Shown here piece after piece: positions 25,371-40,248 of a DNA stretch of 64,000 bases (its first letter is position 1; the number at the start of each line of letters is the position of its first letter). A model generated the notes under the pieces. That model worked only from the letters and a program-made list of their open reading frames with translations, had not been told where the DNA came from and did no database searches. Both the position numbers and the translations under genes were made by a program. The DNA comes from Macrostomum lignano (lineage: Eukaryota): assembly GCA_002269645.1 (NCBI GenBank), contig NIVC01003933.1, forward strand, positions 5,040 to 69,039. The letters run 5' to 3'.

Positions 25371-27622
25371 CCATTTTGAACTGTAACTGAGACGCCAGTT
25401 ATTTCCCTAGCCAGATAGCCAATTAATCGTAGAACTCCAGGTGCTGGAGCAGCTCAATTGTTTATTTAAGCCATTTTTAACCCTTCAGCATGGGGCAGTG
25501 GACAGATTGGCCTTCCCGCACAGAAGCGCAATTCAGGCCGGCCCCCTGCTGTGCTCAAAGTGGGCGGTACTAAAAATTTTATATGACCCGCCACTTATTG
25601 AAGTTGTGTATGCTCTTGGTCTGGGCTGTACCTGTATGCGAGTGCAGTCTTAACAACAACACTCACTGTTAGATTTAGTTTATACAAAGCCTTTTTATCT
25701 TCAACAAGGCACTATCACCTACCTCAGTGTGTGTGTGCTACAATTAGCTCACTTGATTGTACAGCCTCTCACGCTACACAGAAAATTAATTCCATTCATA
25801 TACAATTCTGCCTACTTAAAAGAAACGTATAAAACACGTATTTAAGAATACGTATTTTAGGTTCAAAAAGGAGAGAAGTAAAAATGTAATATTCATTTAT
25901 GGGCATTGGGAAAAATTTTAACAGAGAAAATATCAATAAAACGTTTATCAAGTCTCATTTATCAGTAATTATTTGATTCCAACTAGCGCATTTGTAAGCG
26001 CGCAATGCATACTACTAACAGCTTTGCGTGCAAATTTAGCTCGTAATAAATGTATTTTTGAACGAAAACAGTTTTAAATATTAGGAACCCAGAAGTTATG
26101 AATTTTAAGCGAATAGCAAGGCAAGCATAATAAAAAAAACAGTTAGACAGGAAAAACACAAAGCTAAGAATATGCATGAAAGAATATAACATATTTTTGC
26201 GCCAACACAGTTTCGTAAATCTTTGACAGCGACAATTACAGGAAACAAAAAAATCGTGAATATTGCTAACAAACTATTTGCAAGGCTAACAGCTAAAATC
26301 AACCTCTGCAGTTTCATTGATGAAAAATCGTTTATTCATAGTTGAAATTCCAATTTCCAACTAGTAGGCAAACAGTTACAACAATAAAAACCGTGTTCGC
26401 TAGTAGGTCTAGTAGGTTAATTAAAATATTATAATGCAAGATGTGACTGTGATACAATCAGTTGCGAGAAAGAAGTGGACAGCACACATAATAATCAATA
26501 CACTGTTAGCAGAAAACTGCAACTGCATTTCCTATATTCACAATAAGTATATCAACTTCATTTAAGATAAAGTACACGTGAAGATTTAGATTTCTAGATC
26601 GCTAATAATAGTCTATACTCTATATAATAGTAATAAAATAAATAGGGTTAGTGTTAATATTAGGCTACGGGGTAAGGTAAGGAAAGAAGGGGGGTTAGGG
26701 CTCCTCTCCATAGCCAACCACCCCATTCGGGCCGGGCGGGCAGAGGGATAGGGTGGTTAAGTGGTTTAAGCACGGCTAGGAATGGCTGCGGCTAGGGCTA
26801 ATGGGTGACTGACGATAAAATCGATAAAATTCAGACCCCTCCCCCACTGAGACCCCTGAAAGCTGACGTACAAATAGTAGAGTTAATAGGGGTAGAAAAT
26901 AGGGGGAGGGGCGACGACACTAATAAAATCGATAATAATAAAAAAGTCTGCTAAACGATTAAATGACTTAAGAGAGCGTGGGGGTTTATTGGCCGACCCA
27001 AATAGATCGATAAATCTCGACCAAACTCCACACGGTCTGAATGAGACGGAATTATTGTTAGTTGTCCTAAATACTGGAACCACTTAATTAAATTACTCTT
27101 ACGACTACTGACTGACTGCTGAGTGCTAACCAAATAATTTGGGGAGAAAGTCAGTTATTAAGTGCTAAACAAGTTCCGCTGTTTAAATTTCCAATTTAAA
27201 GTAAATAGAAAATTAGAAACCAGGCGAATATTTGCTTCGCAGAATGCTACCCCATATAAATTGGTGATTAAACAACAGAACAAACAAACTGAGGCAAAAC
27301 AAAAAAGCAAGCAAACACGCTTCAGTTTGTGTACTTTGGCACACAGACACGGACAGCTAAGCAAATCGGGATTAAATGTGTTGCATTTATAGAGTTCAAC
27401 ATTAAGAAATTGTAGGGGAATCGACGAAATTCCCAACGAATTATAATCCAAAACAAATGTTATAAATTTATTTATTTATTTGATTTGATTATTCCAATGC
27501 ATAGGTCACAGGGCAGTCAGAGAGATTACTTTACAATACGAATCCGATTGGCATATTTGAAAACATCCACCAATGCACCCAACATAGCTACATTAGTGAC
27601 AAACTAAATACGCTTGATTCTA

Positions 27623-27901
27623 CTACAATTCCGTGTGACCAGAAGAAGAGTCTGGAACTTTCGGCTGCTGCTGCTGCTGGCCGTTAGCAGCACTTTTCCC
27701 AGCGTGAAATTCGTCCCAAATCGCGCGCAACTCTTTGTCGTAGTCGCGCCATTCTGGCACAATTCTTTGAGCAGCCTCCAACTTGGGCTCTTTGGTCTTT
27801 GGATTGTTGCACAGATCGATGGTTTTAGCAGATTTTTTAGTGGCCGGATCGCACCAGGTTTCGCAGTAGAGCCACTCCTGCGGCAGGCTGTAGATGGCCA
27901 C
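27623..27901 (-). CDS. UGGT: UGGT exon 14 (C-terminus)
   Basis: [28 protein letters not shown], ends HTEL*. Confidence 0.96.
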   Translation of the reverse strand: MAIYSLPQEWLYCETWCDPATKKSAKTIDLCNNPKTKEPKLEAAQRIVPEWRDYDKELRAIWDEFHAGKSAANGQQQQQPKVPDSSSGHTEL

Positions 27902-30900
27902 CTGGAATAGATGGGGGATTTGGAAAGTTTTAAAAAAATCCCCAATTTCTAAACTATAAAAATCCCGAATTCCAAAAACCATAAAATTCCAAAATTGCTA
28001 ACCCATAAAATCCCGAATTCCAACAACCATAAAAATCCCTAATTCCAAAAACAATAAAAATCCCGAATTCCAAAAACCATAAAATTCCCGAATTCCAAAA
28101 ACCATAAAAATCCCGAATTCCAAAAACCATAAAATTCCAAAATTCCAAAAAACATAAAAATCCCTATTTCTAAAATTATAAGAATCCCACAATTTAAAGT
28201 AATAAAAATCCCGAATTCTAAAACAATCAAAAATCCCAAATTTCAAAACTATAAAAATCCCAAATTCCAAAAAACCATAAAAATCCCAAATTCTAAAAAC
28301 CATAAAAATCCCAAATTCTAAGAATATAAAAATCCCAAGTTTAAAATTAAAAATTCCCGTCTCAAACCCAGGCCGCAAACAGACGCACCTGATGTATCAT
28401 ATAATTAGGCAAATCCTGATCCAGGTTAGCCAACGAGTTGGGATCCTGCGACAGTCCCTGGTATTGGCCTCGCAGCCGATCCCCAGCCGCTAGCCTGCGG
28501 AAGCGAACCAGATCAACCAGGTACAAAGCCGAGATGTGATAGGGCCTGTTGCCAAGATGATTGGCCCAATAGCCGGTCTTCCAGAATCGGAAGCCTTCCA
28601 TATCGCGCCGGCTATCGCAGAACGGCGTGTAGGCGTAGGGCGCGCCCCGGATGTCCATGTCGGCCAGCTGCTGCATGTCAGTCCGAACAATTTGATCGGC
28701 GTCAACAAAGATAATCCGCTTGACGTCTAGCGGAAACAGCACGTCTAGGAATAAAATCTTGTAGGCCCAGATAATGCGCTGCTTTTCGGTTTGTCGATTC
28801 AACCAGCGCGGCCATTTGTACTGCACCAGTGCGTACTCGAAATTGTACTTTTCAGCGTAGTACGGTATGAACTTGATAAACGATGGCGATAGAAAGTTCT
28901 TTAAGAACCAGAATTTCACCTTTGATTTGGTGTTCTTGAGTACGCTCAGCATCATGATGCTGCAATTGGAGAAGTTCAGCATTTAAGAAAGGCTTTGATT
29001 AGTTTTGATGAATCTTCGACACGTAATAAAATTAATTTCGATACATATCGGCTAAAAGAATTAAAATTGAACGGTATTTATCGGTAATTAGTAGTCACTT
29101 TAGATACATATATCGGCTGAAAAAGGAGGCATAATTTTTTATTATTTCTTGATCGTTCTATCAGGTAGCTCGTAATTTCGATACTTCTAAGACAGAATAA
29201 AAATAATTTTCGTCTTTTTTTTCGTTATTTTTGATACATATCAGCGAAAAAATAGATTTTTTAACCGTTTTTTCGTCGGTAATAGCTACTTTCGATACAT
29301 ATCGGCAAAAAAGGTTACTTGTTTTAATTCTTTCTTGATCGATATCACAGATACTAGAATAACTAGATGGGCCACTCAGCACATTTGCATGTAAACTACT
29401 TTCAGTTCAGTAGTAAGCTAAATAGAAGCATTTTAATGTATTTTTTAAGCTAAGGCTCAGTTATTGGCTCTTACCTACAGCTTAAACCTCCAAACGCGCA
29501 TTTCCACACTACCCCCCGCCCCGTCCCGCCCCAATTTTTATTGTCTTTCCTGGAATTCCAGCCTCAGACTGCCGTGTAAATTTCAGTGGACTGGCCAATG
29601 TACATTATTGCTGAACCCATTAGCATGTTGTTTACGACTGCAAGCTTCGGCTTCTAAACTCATCAAAGTCATTTCAGCCGCCTTTATTTTTACAAAATAG
29701 CTTATGTATTCTTCTTTGCTACTGAACTGAAATTAGAAAGTTGTTTTACTAAGTATTTAGCTCGTATGCCTGAGTGGCCCATCTAGTTATTTTAGTATCT
29801 GTGATTAGTACGGATTTAATCCAATATATTAATTATTTAAAAAATAGAGACGAAATTTTCACTACTTACGAGTAAGTAGCATGACCAAATTCAGAACATA
29901 ATAATAATAATAATGAAGAAATAAGAACGCAAACTAACCGAAGAAATCGCTCGTAGAGGTGTCCGGAAGCGACGGAGAAGATGTTGAGAGTCTGGTCCCG
30001 GTCCTCGCTAGATACTGTTGGACTGGCAGTGAAGGCACTTTGATGCGTAAGGATAAATGGATGGATGATAAAAATTATTAAGAATTTCTTTATTCTGCAC
30101 ATACTGTACCAGCATGAACTTGATTAATATTATATAGAAAAGAGCGTATTTTACTAATATTAGTAGAGCAGTAAGGAATTGAGGGCCAAAGTTTAATTTA
30201 ATTAATTTCCAACGATAAAGAGAAAATATTAACACGACATGCACCGTTTCTTTAGAGAGGATACCTTAGCTACTAAAAAACAGAAGACAGAAAAGACAGA
30301 GGACAAATTGTTTCAAACTTTAGCATATGCATTCAACTTTAAGAAAGTAATGCTTTTTTTATTTCACGACTAAATATTTTACCTGATTCCAATGGCGCTG
30401 AAAAATAATGTGTTGCAAAAAGATAACAGATAGTGAAGCGGTGACGTGGCAAGCAATTCCAGAGTGCTATGTTTAAAAGTAAGTTTTTCCTTATGAAATG
30501 TTGTTCAAACTGGCCAGAAATTTTAGTCGCGATTGAAGGACTTGTGAGGTTAGGAGTGCTATAAAAGGATATTGGAGCATCAAAGATTCTGGAAGATTGG
30601 CGGCATCATCAAAGGATTCGGGAGATTGGCAGCATCATCATAGAATCTGTGAGGGTGGCGGCATCATAAAAGAATCTGTGAGGGTGGCGGCATCATAAAA
30701 GAATCTGTGAGGGTGGTGGCATCATCAAAGAATCTGTGAGGGTGGCGGCATCATCAAAGAATCTATGAGGGTGGCGGCATCATCAAAGAATCTGTGAGGG
30801 TGACGGCATCATCAAAGAATATGTGAGGGTGGCGGCATCATCAAAGAATCGGGGAGATTGGCGGCATCATCAAAGAATCTGTGAGGGTGGCGGCATCATA

Positions 30901-33900
30901 AAAGAAACTCGGATGATCAAAGAGTCCGAGGTTGCCGGCAAAAAATCAAAAGTACAATTGAAATAACCAGAGAACACTCACTTGGAGATGGAGCCCCAGA
31001 TGCTCTGCTGAGCCGGCTCGTCGCCCAGCAGGCTGTCATCGAGCCGGTCCGGCTTCTTAGCCACGCGCACAGTGATGACCTTGGACCGGAACGAGTCCAG
31101 GACGGCCACAGGGTCACCGGCCGCCGTCTCGCCGTCCGTATTCTCGTGCGCCGCAATGTCGTAAATATCGGCAGATTTTCCGGCTCGCAGCCGCAGTTGC
31201 CATGCATTGGGAGCGGCCTTCAATTGGAAATAGCCCAGATTGTACATGACAATGGTGTCCCTTAGCAACGGCTGCTGCACTGTGCCCAGGGTGAACTGCA
31301 GGCCGCGGGGGATCTGGTTACTAGCCGAGTCAACGCAGTGACCTTCAACCAGGAGGTATTCGAGCTCGTATTCGGCGTGAACTCCGCTGCCGGACACTGC
31401 GGCGAGTTGAATGTTGTCCAAATCGTACGGGGAGTTGACGACTTCGGCCATCCAGTTGTGCGGAGTGTCGATGCCCAGAGTCAGGATCGGTTGCGACGGC
31501 ATGCCGTCAAAGTTGACGGTGCTGCCGGCACTTGACAGGCTGCCGTCTTTTGCGAATACTGGCGCCGCGGTTAATAAATACCTGGCAGGGTAGAGGGAAA
31601 TATGCTTTAGAAAAGTAACTTACGATACATATCGGTAGATTAATTATTGAATCAGTAAATTGTGATGAAGTTTTTAGGAGACTAATGAATATGACAACAC
31701 ACAAAATAGCAGCTAATATTCTAGGTATCTACTAAAAATTTTACTTTTTTAATTATAATGCAAGTTAAAAATTGGCGAAGTCATCATCAAAGAATTGGGG
31801 AGATTAGCTGCATCATCAAAGGATTTTGGATACTGGCGGCATCATCAAAGGATTCAAAAAGTTGGCGGCGTCATCAAAGATTCCAGAAAACTGGCGGCAT
31901 CATTAAATGATTCAAGGAATTGGCAGCATCATCAAATGATTCAGAAAATTGGCGGCATCATCAAAGGATTCAGACAGTAGGCGGCATCATCAAAGGATTT
32001 TGGAGATTGGCGGCATCATTAAAGAATTCAGAAAATTGCCGACATCATCAAAAGATTCAAAAAATTGGCGGCATCATCAAAGATTCTAGAAAATTGGCGG
32101 CATTATTAAAGGATTCGGGGGATTGGCAAACATGCAAGCTAAAATTAATATTTTACTGGTTAAAATTTCGGCTTAGAAAAGTACTTTACACAACATATCG
32201 GCAAATAAAAATATCAAAATAACAATTACAAAACCGCTTACCTATAGAAAGTTTTTAACGGCGGTTCAGACAATTTCTCTCGACAATTAAAGGCCACAGT
32301 GATTCGAGCATTCAAAGCCTGCCGAAGCACCAGCAGAATGTGAGACATCTTTTGAGCATCCCTCGACAGCGGATCGACAATTGCCGTCACCTCCAGACTC
32401 GGCCTCGCCGAATTCGGCTCCATTGGTTCGAGTTTGAGTAATCCACCGGGCTGCAGACCGTCTGGCATAGCGATTCGACGAGTTGCCGACGAACCGGAAG
32501 TACTACCACCGGAACTAGAACTGGAACCGGAACCGGAACCAACAGCAGCCGGATGCGAGTTCAATAGCGCCGACAATCGCATAGATAATTCGGACCGATC
32601 GTTGCCGACGCTAGCCAGCTCGGTATTCGATAATTTGTCCAACGATTCGGCCACGGCTCGGCCGGCTCTGCTCAGGGCTAAGCGTTCCAACAGGCGCAGA
32701 TCAGCCGGGTCCACTTCCGGTTGGGGCAGCGGCCCAACCAGGCGGCCGTTGGAGACCAGCGCCAGGGAGGGCGGTTCGGCGGTGGACGCCGCCGCAGGCG
32801 TGCCAAGCTCGGTTGAGGCGAATTTCGATAGCCTGCAGAAATTATTTTGGGAGTGCTCAATATTTATCTCAACTGGGAAATTTATCGATTAATTTTCTTG
32901 CCTGGAATTTGAGGATAAGTAGCCTAAGTTTACTTTTATGATTTAAGGGATCAACGGATTCGAAATCTACTTGAATGGGTTGATTTGAATCCTACTACCT
33001 GTGAATGGGATCACGGGATTTGAATCCTACATCCTGTGAGTGGGATCACGGGATTTGAATCCTACTATCTGTGAATGGGATCACGGGATTTGAATCCTAC
33101 TACCTGTGAATGGGATCACGGGATTTGAATCCTATATCCTGTGAATGGGATCACGGGATTTGAATCCTACATCCTGTGAGTGGGATAATGGTATTTGAAC
33201 CCTACTACCTGTGAATGGGATCACGGGATTTGAATCCTACATCCTGTGAGTGGGATAATGGTATTTGAATCCTACTACCTGTGAATGGGATCGCGGGATT
33301 TGAATCCTACTACCTGTGAATGGGATCACGGGATTTGAATCCTATATCCTGTGAATGGGATCACGGGATTTGAATCCTACTACCTGTGAATGGGATCACG
33401 GGATTTGAATCCTACATCCTGTGAGTGGGATAATGGGATTTGAATCCTACTACCTGTGAATGGGATCGCGGGATTTGAATCCTACTACTTGTGAATGGGA
33501 TCACCGGATTTGAATCCTACATCCTGTGAGTGGGATCACGGGATTTGAATCCTACTACCTGTGAATGGGATTGGGATCGGACTCACCTATCCAACTCCCT
33601 CCTAGTCTGGTGCGAGTCAGCAGCGGCAGCAAACGCGTCCCAGTCCATGCCGTGAACGGCCAATTCTTTAAGCGCTTTGTTTCCAACCGCCGCCTCGTCA
33701 ATGCCGCTCACAGCCGGCCAATTCTCTGGCTTGCACAGCTTGCTGGCCAGATTGACCGCATGCTTGGCGGATTTAGTTGCCACGGTGCTGGCTGCCGACT
33801 GCAGAGCCTTGGCTAATAACAGGCCTGGCTCGCCAGTGTGCAGCAGGGCCAGGCGCAGCTGAGCGGAGGCCTTCACCAGGCGGAGCGCTTCGTAGGCGTG

Positions 33901-36900
33901 GGAGCGGCAGCCGGCGGTGGCCAAGTCGCAGGCCAGCCAGAGACTGGCGGCTCGCGTGGCCGAGTCGTCGTTTTTAACAAAATAGCTGCGGTGAGAATTG
34001 AGAAACGTATGGAGATGGGAGACGAGATGAGAGTGACAGGGTGAGACTGGGAGTGACGGGGTGAGACTGGGAGTGACGGGGTGAGACTGAGAGTGAATTG
34101 AGAGTGACGGGGTGAGACTGACAGTGACGGGGTGAGACTGGGAGTGACGGGGTGAGACTGAGAGTGAATTGAGAGTGACGGGGAGAGACTGAGAGTGAAT
34201 TGAGAGTGACGGGGTGAGACTGAGAGTGAATTGAGAGTGACGGGTGAGATTGAGAGTGCCGGGTGAGATTGAGAGTGACGGGTGAGATTGAGAGTGCCGG
34301 GTGAGATTGAGAGTGACGGGTGAGATTGAGAGTGACGAGTGAGATTGAGAGTGAATTGAGAGTGAATTCAGAGATTGAGAATGCCGGGTGAGATTGAGAG
34401 TGACGGGTGAGATTGAGAGTGAGTGACGGGTGAGATTGAGAGTGACGGGTGAGACTGGGAGTGACGGGGTGAGACTGGGAGTGACGGGGTGAGACTAGGA
34501 GTGACGGGGTGAGACTGGGAGTGACGGGGTGAGACTGAGAGTGACGAGTGAGATTGAGAGTGAATTGAGAGTGAATTCAGAGATTAAGAGTGCCGGGTGA
34601 GATTGAGAGTGACGGGTGAGATTGAGAGTGCCGGGTGAGATTGAGAGTGACGGGTGAGATTGAGAGTGACGAGTGAGATTGAGAGTGAATTGAGAGTGAA
34701 TTCAGAGATTGAGAGTGACGGGTGAGATTGAGAGTGAGTGACGGGTGAGATTGAGAGTGAATATAGAGTGAATTCAGAGATTGAGAGTTCCGGGTGAGAT
34801 TGAGAGTGACGAGTGAGATTGAGAGTGAATTGAGAGTGAATTCAGAGATTAAGAGTGCCGGGTGAGATTGAGAGTGACGGATGAGATTGAGAATGACGGG
34901 ATGAGATTGAGAGTCCCGGGCGAGATTGAGAGTGACGGGATGAGATTGAGTGATGGGATGAGATTGTAAGTTATAGGGTGAGATTGAACGACAGGGTGAA
35001 ATTGAGAGTGCGGGTGAGATTGAGAGTGACATGGTGAGATTAAGAGTGACGGGGTGAGATTGACTGATGGGATGAGATTGAGAGTGACGGGGTGACATTG
35101 AATGACAGGGTGAGATTGAGAGTGACGGGTGAGATTGAGTGACGGAATGCACTCAAAAACACAAAAAATAATCACAGCCACTCACCTGAGTTTACCAACA
35201 GCATTCAGCTGCGCCTGAGTCAGCGTCTTGCCTCCCTGCAGCAGTCGCTGGTTGAGCCGTTTCACTACGTTGGGCCTTTCGTTGATAAAGTCGACAACAT
35301 TTTGCGAATCTTTCAACTGACCGGCCGCCACCTCGCGTTGTAGCTCGCTGGTCTGGCGCATGATCTCCGTTAACACCTGGCAGAGTGAAAGTTGATTTGT
35401 TAATGTGCGTACTGATATGCACAGCTTCACCATTTGTACAATAAGAGGGTTTTAAGAGGTTCTGAGGGTTTCAGAGTTTTTTCTGTTCGAAGTCTGATGT
35501 ACATTGAGGGGTTAAATAAAGTAGCACGATGCCGAAGCGCAGGCAAGTGTATGTACAATAGGGAGGTTAGATAATGTACATTACAATGGGGGCAGGAAAA
35601 TATCATCTACATGTACTTTAGGGCAGAAAAATATCAGCTATATGTACATTGGGGGCAGGAGAATATCAGCTATATGTACCTTAGGGCAGAAAAATATCAG
35701 CTATATGTACATTGGGGGCAGGAGAATATCAGATATATGTACATTGGGGGCAGGAAAATATCAGCTATATGTACATTGGGGGCAGGAAAATATCAGCTAT
35801 ATGTACATTGGGGGGCAGGAAAATATCAGCTATATGTACATTGGGGGCAGGAAAATATCAGCTATAGATCCATCAGTGGTCTAGATATTGCTTGTAAATA
35901 GCCCGCAAGCATCTTACCGTCTCTTCAAAATTTGTCACCGCAGCGTTGGTGTCCAACAGTCCGCCATTGAGCAGCACAGCGGGAGCAGAGGCCAGCCCGG
36001 ATCTGGCTAGGAAAGCCTGTCCAGCAGCCAGTTGATCTTCATAATCCGACGATTTATCCCCAAGCGCGTCTTTAGAGTCAACATCCGGGTAGAGACCTTT
36101 GAAGTACTGATGAGCAAACTCTAAATTGAGACTGTAGCCCTGCTCAAACGTCACTGAATAGATGTCGGTGAGATAGCTGACAGCGGACCGTGTGGAGCCT
36201 TTGTCGTTTTTAACAAAATTGAACGAGCGAACGAGAGCCCGGCCGACTTCGTCTTTGGGTGCCCAGACTAGGCCTGACGGGAGAAAATGGGGGGATTTAC
36301 ATGTAGTTGAATTAGACGGAATCAAAATCAACATTGATTGGATTGCTAATGATATAAAGTTAGACGAGAGTAACATGGCTCACGAGATTAACATTACATA
36401 AAGGATGAGATCATGGGATAAAACACAGGATGGGATCATTGGGTCACACACAGGATGGGATCATTGGGTCACACATAGGATGGGATCATTGGGTCACACA
36501 CAGGATGGGATCATTGGGTCACACATAGGATGGGATCATTGGGTCACACACAGGATGGGATCATTGGGTCACACACAGGATGGGATCATTGGGTCACACA
36601 CAGGATGGGATCATGGAATCACCACACAGGATGGGATCATGGAATCACCACACACAGGATAGGATCATGGAATCACCTCACACAGGATGGGATCATTAGA
36701 TCACACACAGGATCGGATTATGGAATCGCCACACACAGGATGGGATCAAGGAATACATAGGCACCAATACAAGACACTGGCGAGCCCTCACCAATCCGAA
36801 TGGGCACCGTATGCTGAACGAATGCCTCGCAGTAGCGAATGAGATCGGCGCTCTCTTTGACAGCCGGATCGATGAAGACCACCAAGTTGAACAGGTTCCT

Positions 36901-38332
36901 AGCGATTCTCCGCATGGTGCCAGGGAAAGCCGGCTTCAACAGGTCGTGCACGCTCCTGGGCCACTGGGCGTACACCTGACTCTGCTCCAAATCGTTCAGA
37001 TAGACAACTGCCGGATCGCGAAAGTCTAAAGCGAATTTCTCATCGGAAGATGAAGCAGATGAAGCGGCGAGAGAGCGAAGCACGACACTGGCTACGTGGG
37101 AGGCTGGGAGGCCCAGCTGTGTAGCCGCGTCCATCAGGCTGGCTTCCTCTGTGAGAGACTGGCGTTAGAGTGATGAGGGAGTTGTGTGTAGCTTGATGTT
37201 GCTAGGGCTTGTGGGAAAAAGGGAATACATATTGGCTACAGGCTTATAACATATTTGTTGCTAAGAAGAACTAGAACTATGCCACAAAATATAATTCACC
37301 AAAGACACAAATTTACGAAAATAATGCTTGTTGCTTTGAGAGGAATTGAGATAAAAATACAAGCTAATGGTTGCTATGGGCATACAAGGTCGGAATAGCA
37401 GCTTTTAAGGTATCCAAGAGTACAAATATCGGTTGCTATGGGAACCTAAGAGGACAAATATCGGTTGCTATGGGAACCTAAGATGACAAATATTGGTTGC
37501 TATGGGAATCTAAGAGGACAAATATTGGTTGCTATGAGAACCTAAGAGTACAAATATCGGTTGCTATGGGAACCTAAGAGGACAAATATCGGTTGCTATG
37601 GGAACCTAAGAGGACAAATATCGGTTGCTATGGGAACCTAAGATGACAAATATTAGTTGCTATGGGAATCTAAGAGGACAAATATTGGTTGCTATGAGAA
37701 CCTAAGAGTACAAATATCGGTTGCTATGGGAACCTAAGATGACAAATATCGGTTGCTATGGGAACCTAAGAGGACAAAAATCGGTTGTTATGGGAATCTA
37801 AGAGGACAAATATTGGTTGCTATGAGAACCTAAGAGGACAAATATCGGTTGCTATGAGAACCTAAGAGGACAAAAATCGGTTGCTATGGGAATCTAAGAG
37901 TACAAATATCGGTTGCTATGAGAACCTAAGAGGACAAAAATCGGTTGCTATGAGAATCTAAGAGTACAAATATCGGTTGCTATGAGAACCTAAGAGGACA
38001 AATATTGGTTGCTATGGGAACCTAAGAGGACAAATATTGGTTGCTATGAGAATCTAAGAGTACAAAAATCGGTTGCTTTGGGAACCTAAGAGGACAAATA
38101 TTGGTTGCTATGAGAATCTAAGAGTACAAATATCGGTTGCTATGGGAACCTAAGAGGACAAAAATCGGTTGCTATGAGAATCTAAGAGTACAAATATCGG
38201 TTGCTATGAGAACCTAAGAGGACAGATATTGGTTGCTATGGGAACCTAAGAGGACAAATATCGGTTGCTATGAGAATCTAAGAGTGCAAATACTAGTTGC
38301 TATGAGAACACAAGGGGTTGCTATGGGAACCT

Positions 38333-38378
<46 letters not shown>

Positions 38379-39873
38379 GCAGCATAGTGAACACATCGTA
38401 GAACTCCAAATCAACAGGCCGGCCATTGACCAATAACAGAGAGGCTCCCTGCGGCAAGCCGAGCTGCTGCTGAAACAATCGCTGGTTGGCTTCCAGTTGA
38501 GCTCTCAGGCTTGGCAGCACAGCAATCTGTGACAGGGCCTTAGCCCGTACAGGATAGTTCTGACTGAGATCGCGCAGCACGTGAAGACTGTCGTCAACAG
38601 TGACGGTAAGTACTCGTTGGGCAGCTTGGTAGCTCAGGTCTTGCAATTGCCAAGCTTTCAACGGCGCAATCTCGGTTGAGCTGTCCAACAGGTGCTGCTT
38701 GAACTGGTTCAGCTCTTGGCTCAGGTTCGGGTGGAGGGCTCTGGAGTGCATAGGAAACAGCAGTAGGGATTGCAATGGATAGGGTGTGTTGCAACAGTAG
38801 GGATTGCAATGGATAGGGTGTGTTGCAACAGTAGGGATTTCAATGGATAGGGTGTGTTGCAACAGTAGGGATTGCAATGGATAGGGTGTGTTGCAACAGT
38901 AGGGATTGCAATGGATAGGGTGTGTTGCAACAGTAGGGATTGCAATAGATAGGGTGTGTTGCAACAGTAGGGATTGCAATGGATAGGGTGTGTTGCAGCA
39001 GTAGGGATTGCAATGGATAGGGTGTGTTGCAACAGTAGGGATTGCAATGGATAGGGTGTGTTGCAGCAGTAGGGATTGCAATGGATAGGGTGGGGTGTTG
39101 CAACAAATTGATTCCCTTCTGTGCTCAACCACATTCATTTGTGACTTTTGGTTTACAAAAAATTGGCCGAGGGGGGGGGTTGCTCAGTGGGCAGGATTGC
39201 CTCAGCGCTAGCTGCTTATGGGACGGATATGCGCTAATTAGGACTGACTGACCTCAGCTTGGAGAACAGGAAGCCCTGCACTTCGTCCTCTTCGTCATGC
39301 CGCCGATGAGAGTCTTCTTTGCTGTCTGGCAGAAATTAATAAAAAGTTATACTCGCATATTTATTTGAGAATCCATTCAGCAAGTAGTATAGAGAGGTAA
39401 ATAAGCAGATTATATGATTAATAACCCATATTTCTGATGAAACCACCTGTTAAAAAGTCGCTTATTATTATTAGAATAACACACGGTTAAACTTCGTATA
39501 CGTTGCTTACAATACAAAGGTCAGCAATTCTGACACCTTACAATACAGCAGGTAAATCACGTAAATGGCTGCATACAATTATAAATAATTACAAATTGAT
39601 TTCACTGAATAGTTGAAAAACCAATACAACACCGGGAACTTACCACTTTGACTAGTCGCTAAAATTATTTTGCAGAGTAAAGAAAGACTGACATTATGTC
39701 TCTATCCATCACACTATCTGTCAATTAATCAGTGAACTTAATAAATCTGTCTGTCTTAGAGTCTTAGTGTCCTAGTGCCTGTCTGTCTTGTCCGTTTGTC
39801 CGTCTGCTGTCTGTCTGCCTACCTGCCTACCTGCCTGTCTGTCTGTCTGTCTGTCTGCCTGCCTGTCTTTCTT

Positions 39874-39906
<33 letters not shown>

Positions 39907-39923
39907 CTCTCTGTCTGCCTGCC

Positions 39924-39968
<45 letters not shown>

Positions 39969-39971
39969 GCC

Positions 39972-40021
<50 letters not shown>

Positions 40022-40029
40022 CCTGTCTA

Positions 40030-40064
<35 letters not shown>

Positions 40065-40081
40065 CTGTCTGTCTATCTGTA

Positions 40082-40150
<69 letters not shown>

Positions 40151-40165
40151 GTCTGTATGTCTACC

Positions 40166-40248
<83 letters not shown>

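Noticed and set aside
26640-27000. GGGTTA/TTAGGG-like motifs suggesting telomeric sequence
   Set aside because: Scattered single motifs rather than a tandem telomere array; possibly part of an undefined repeat.
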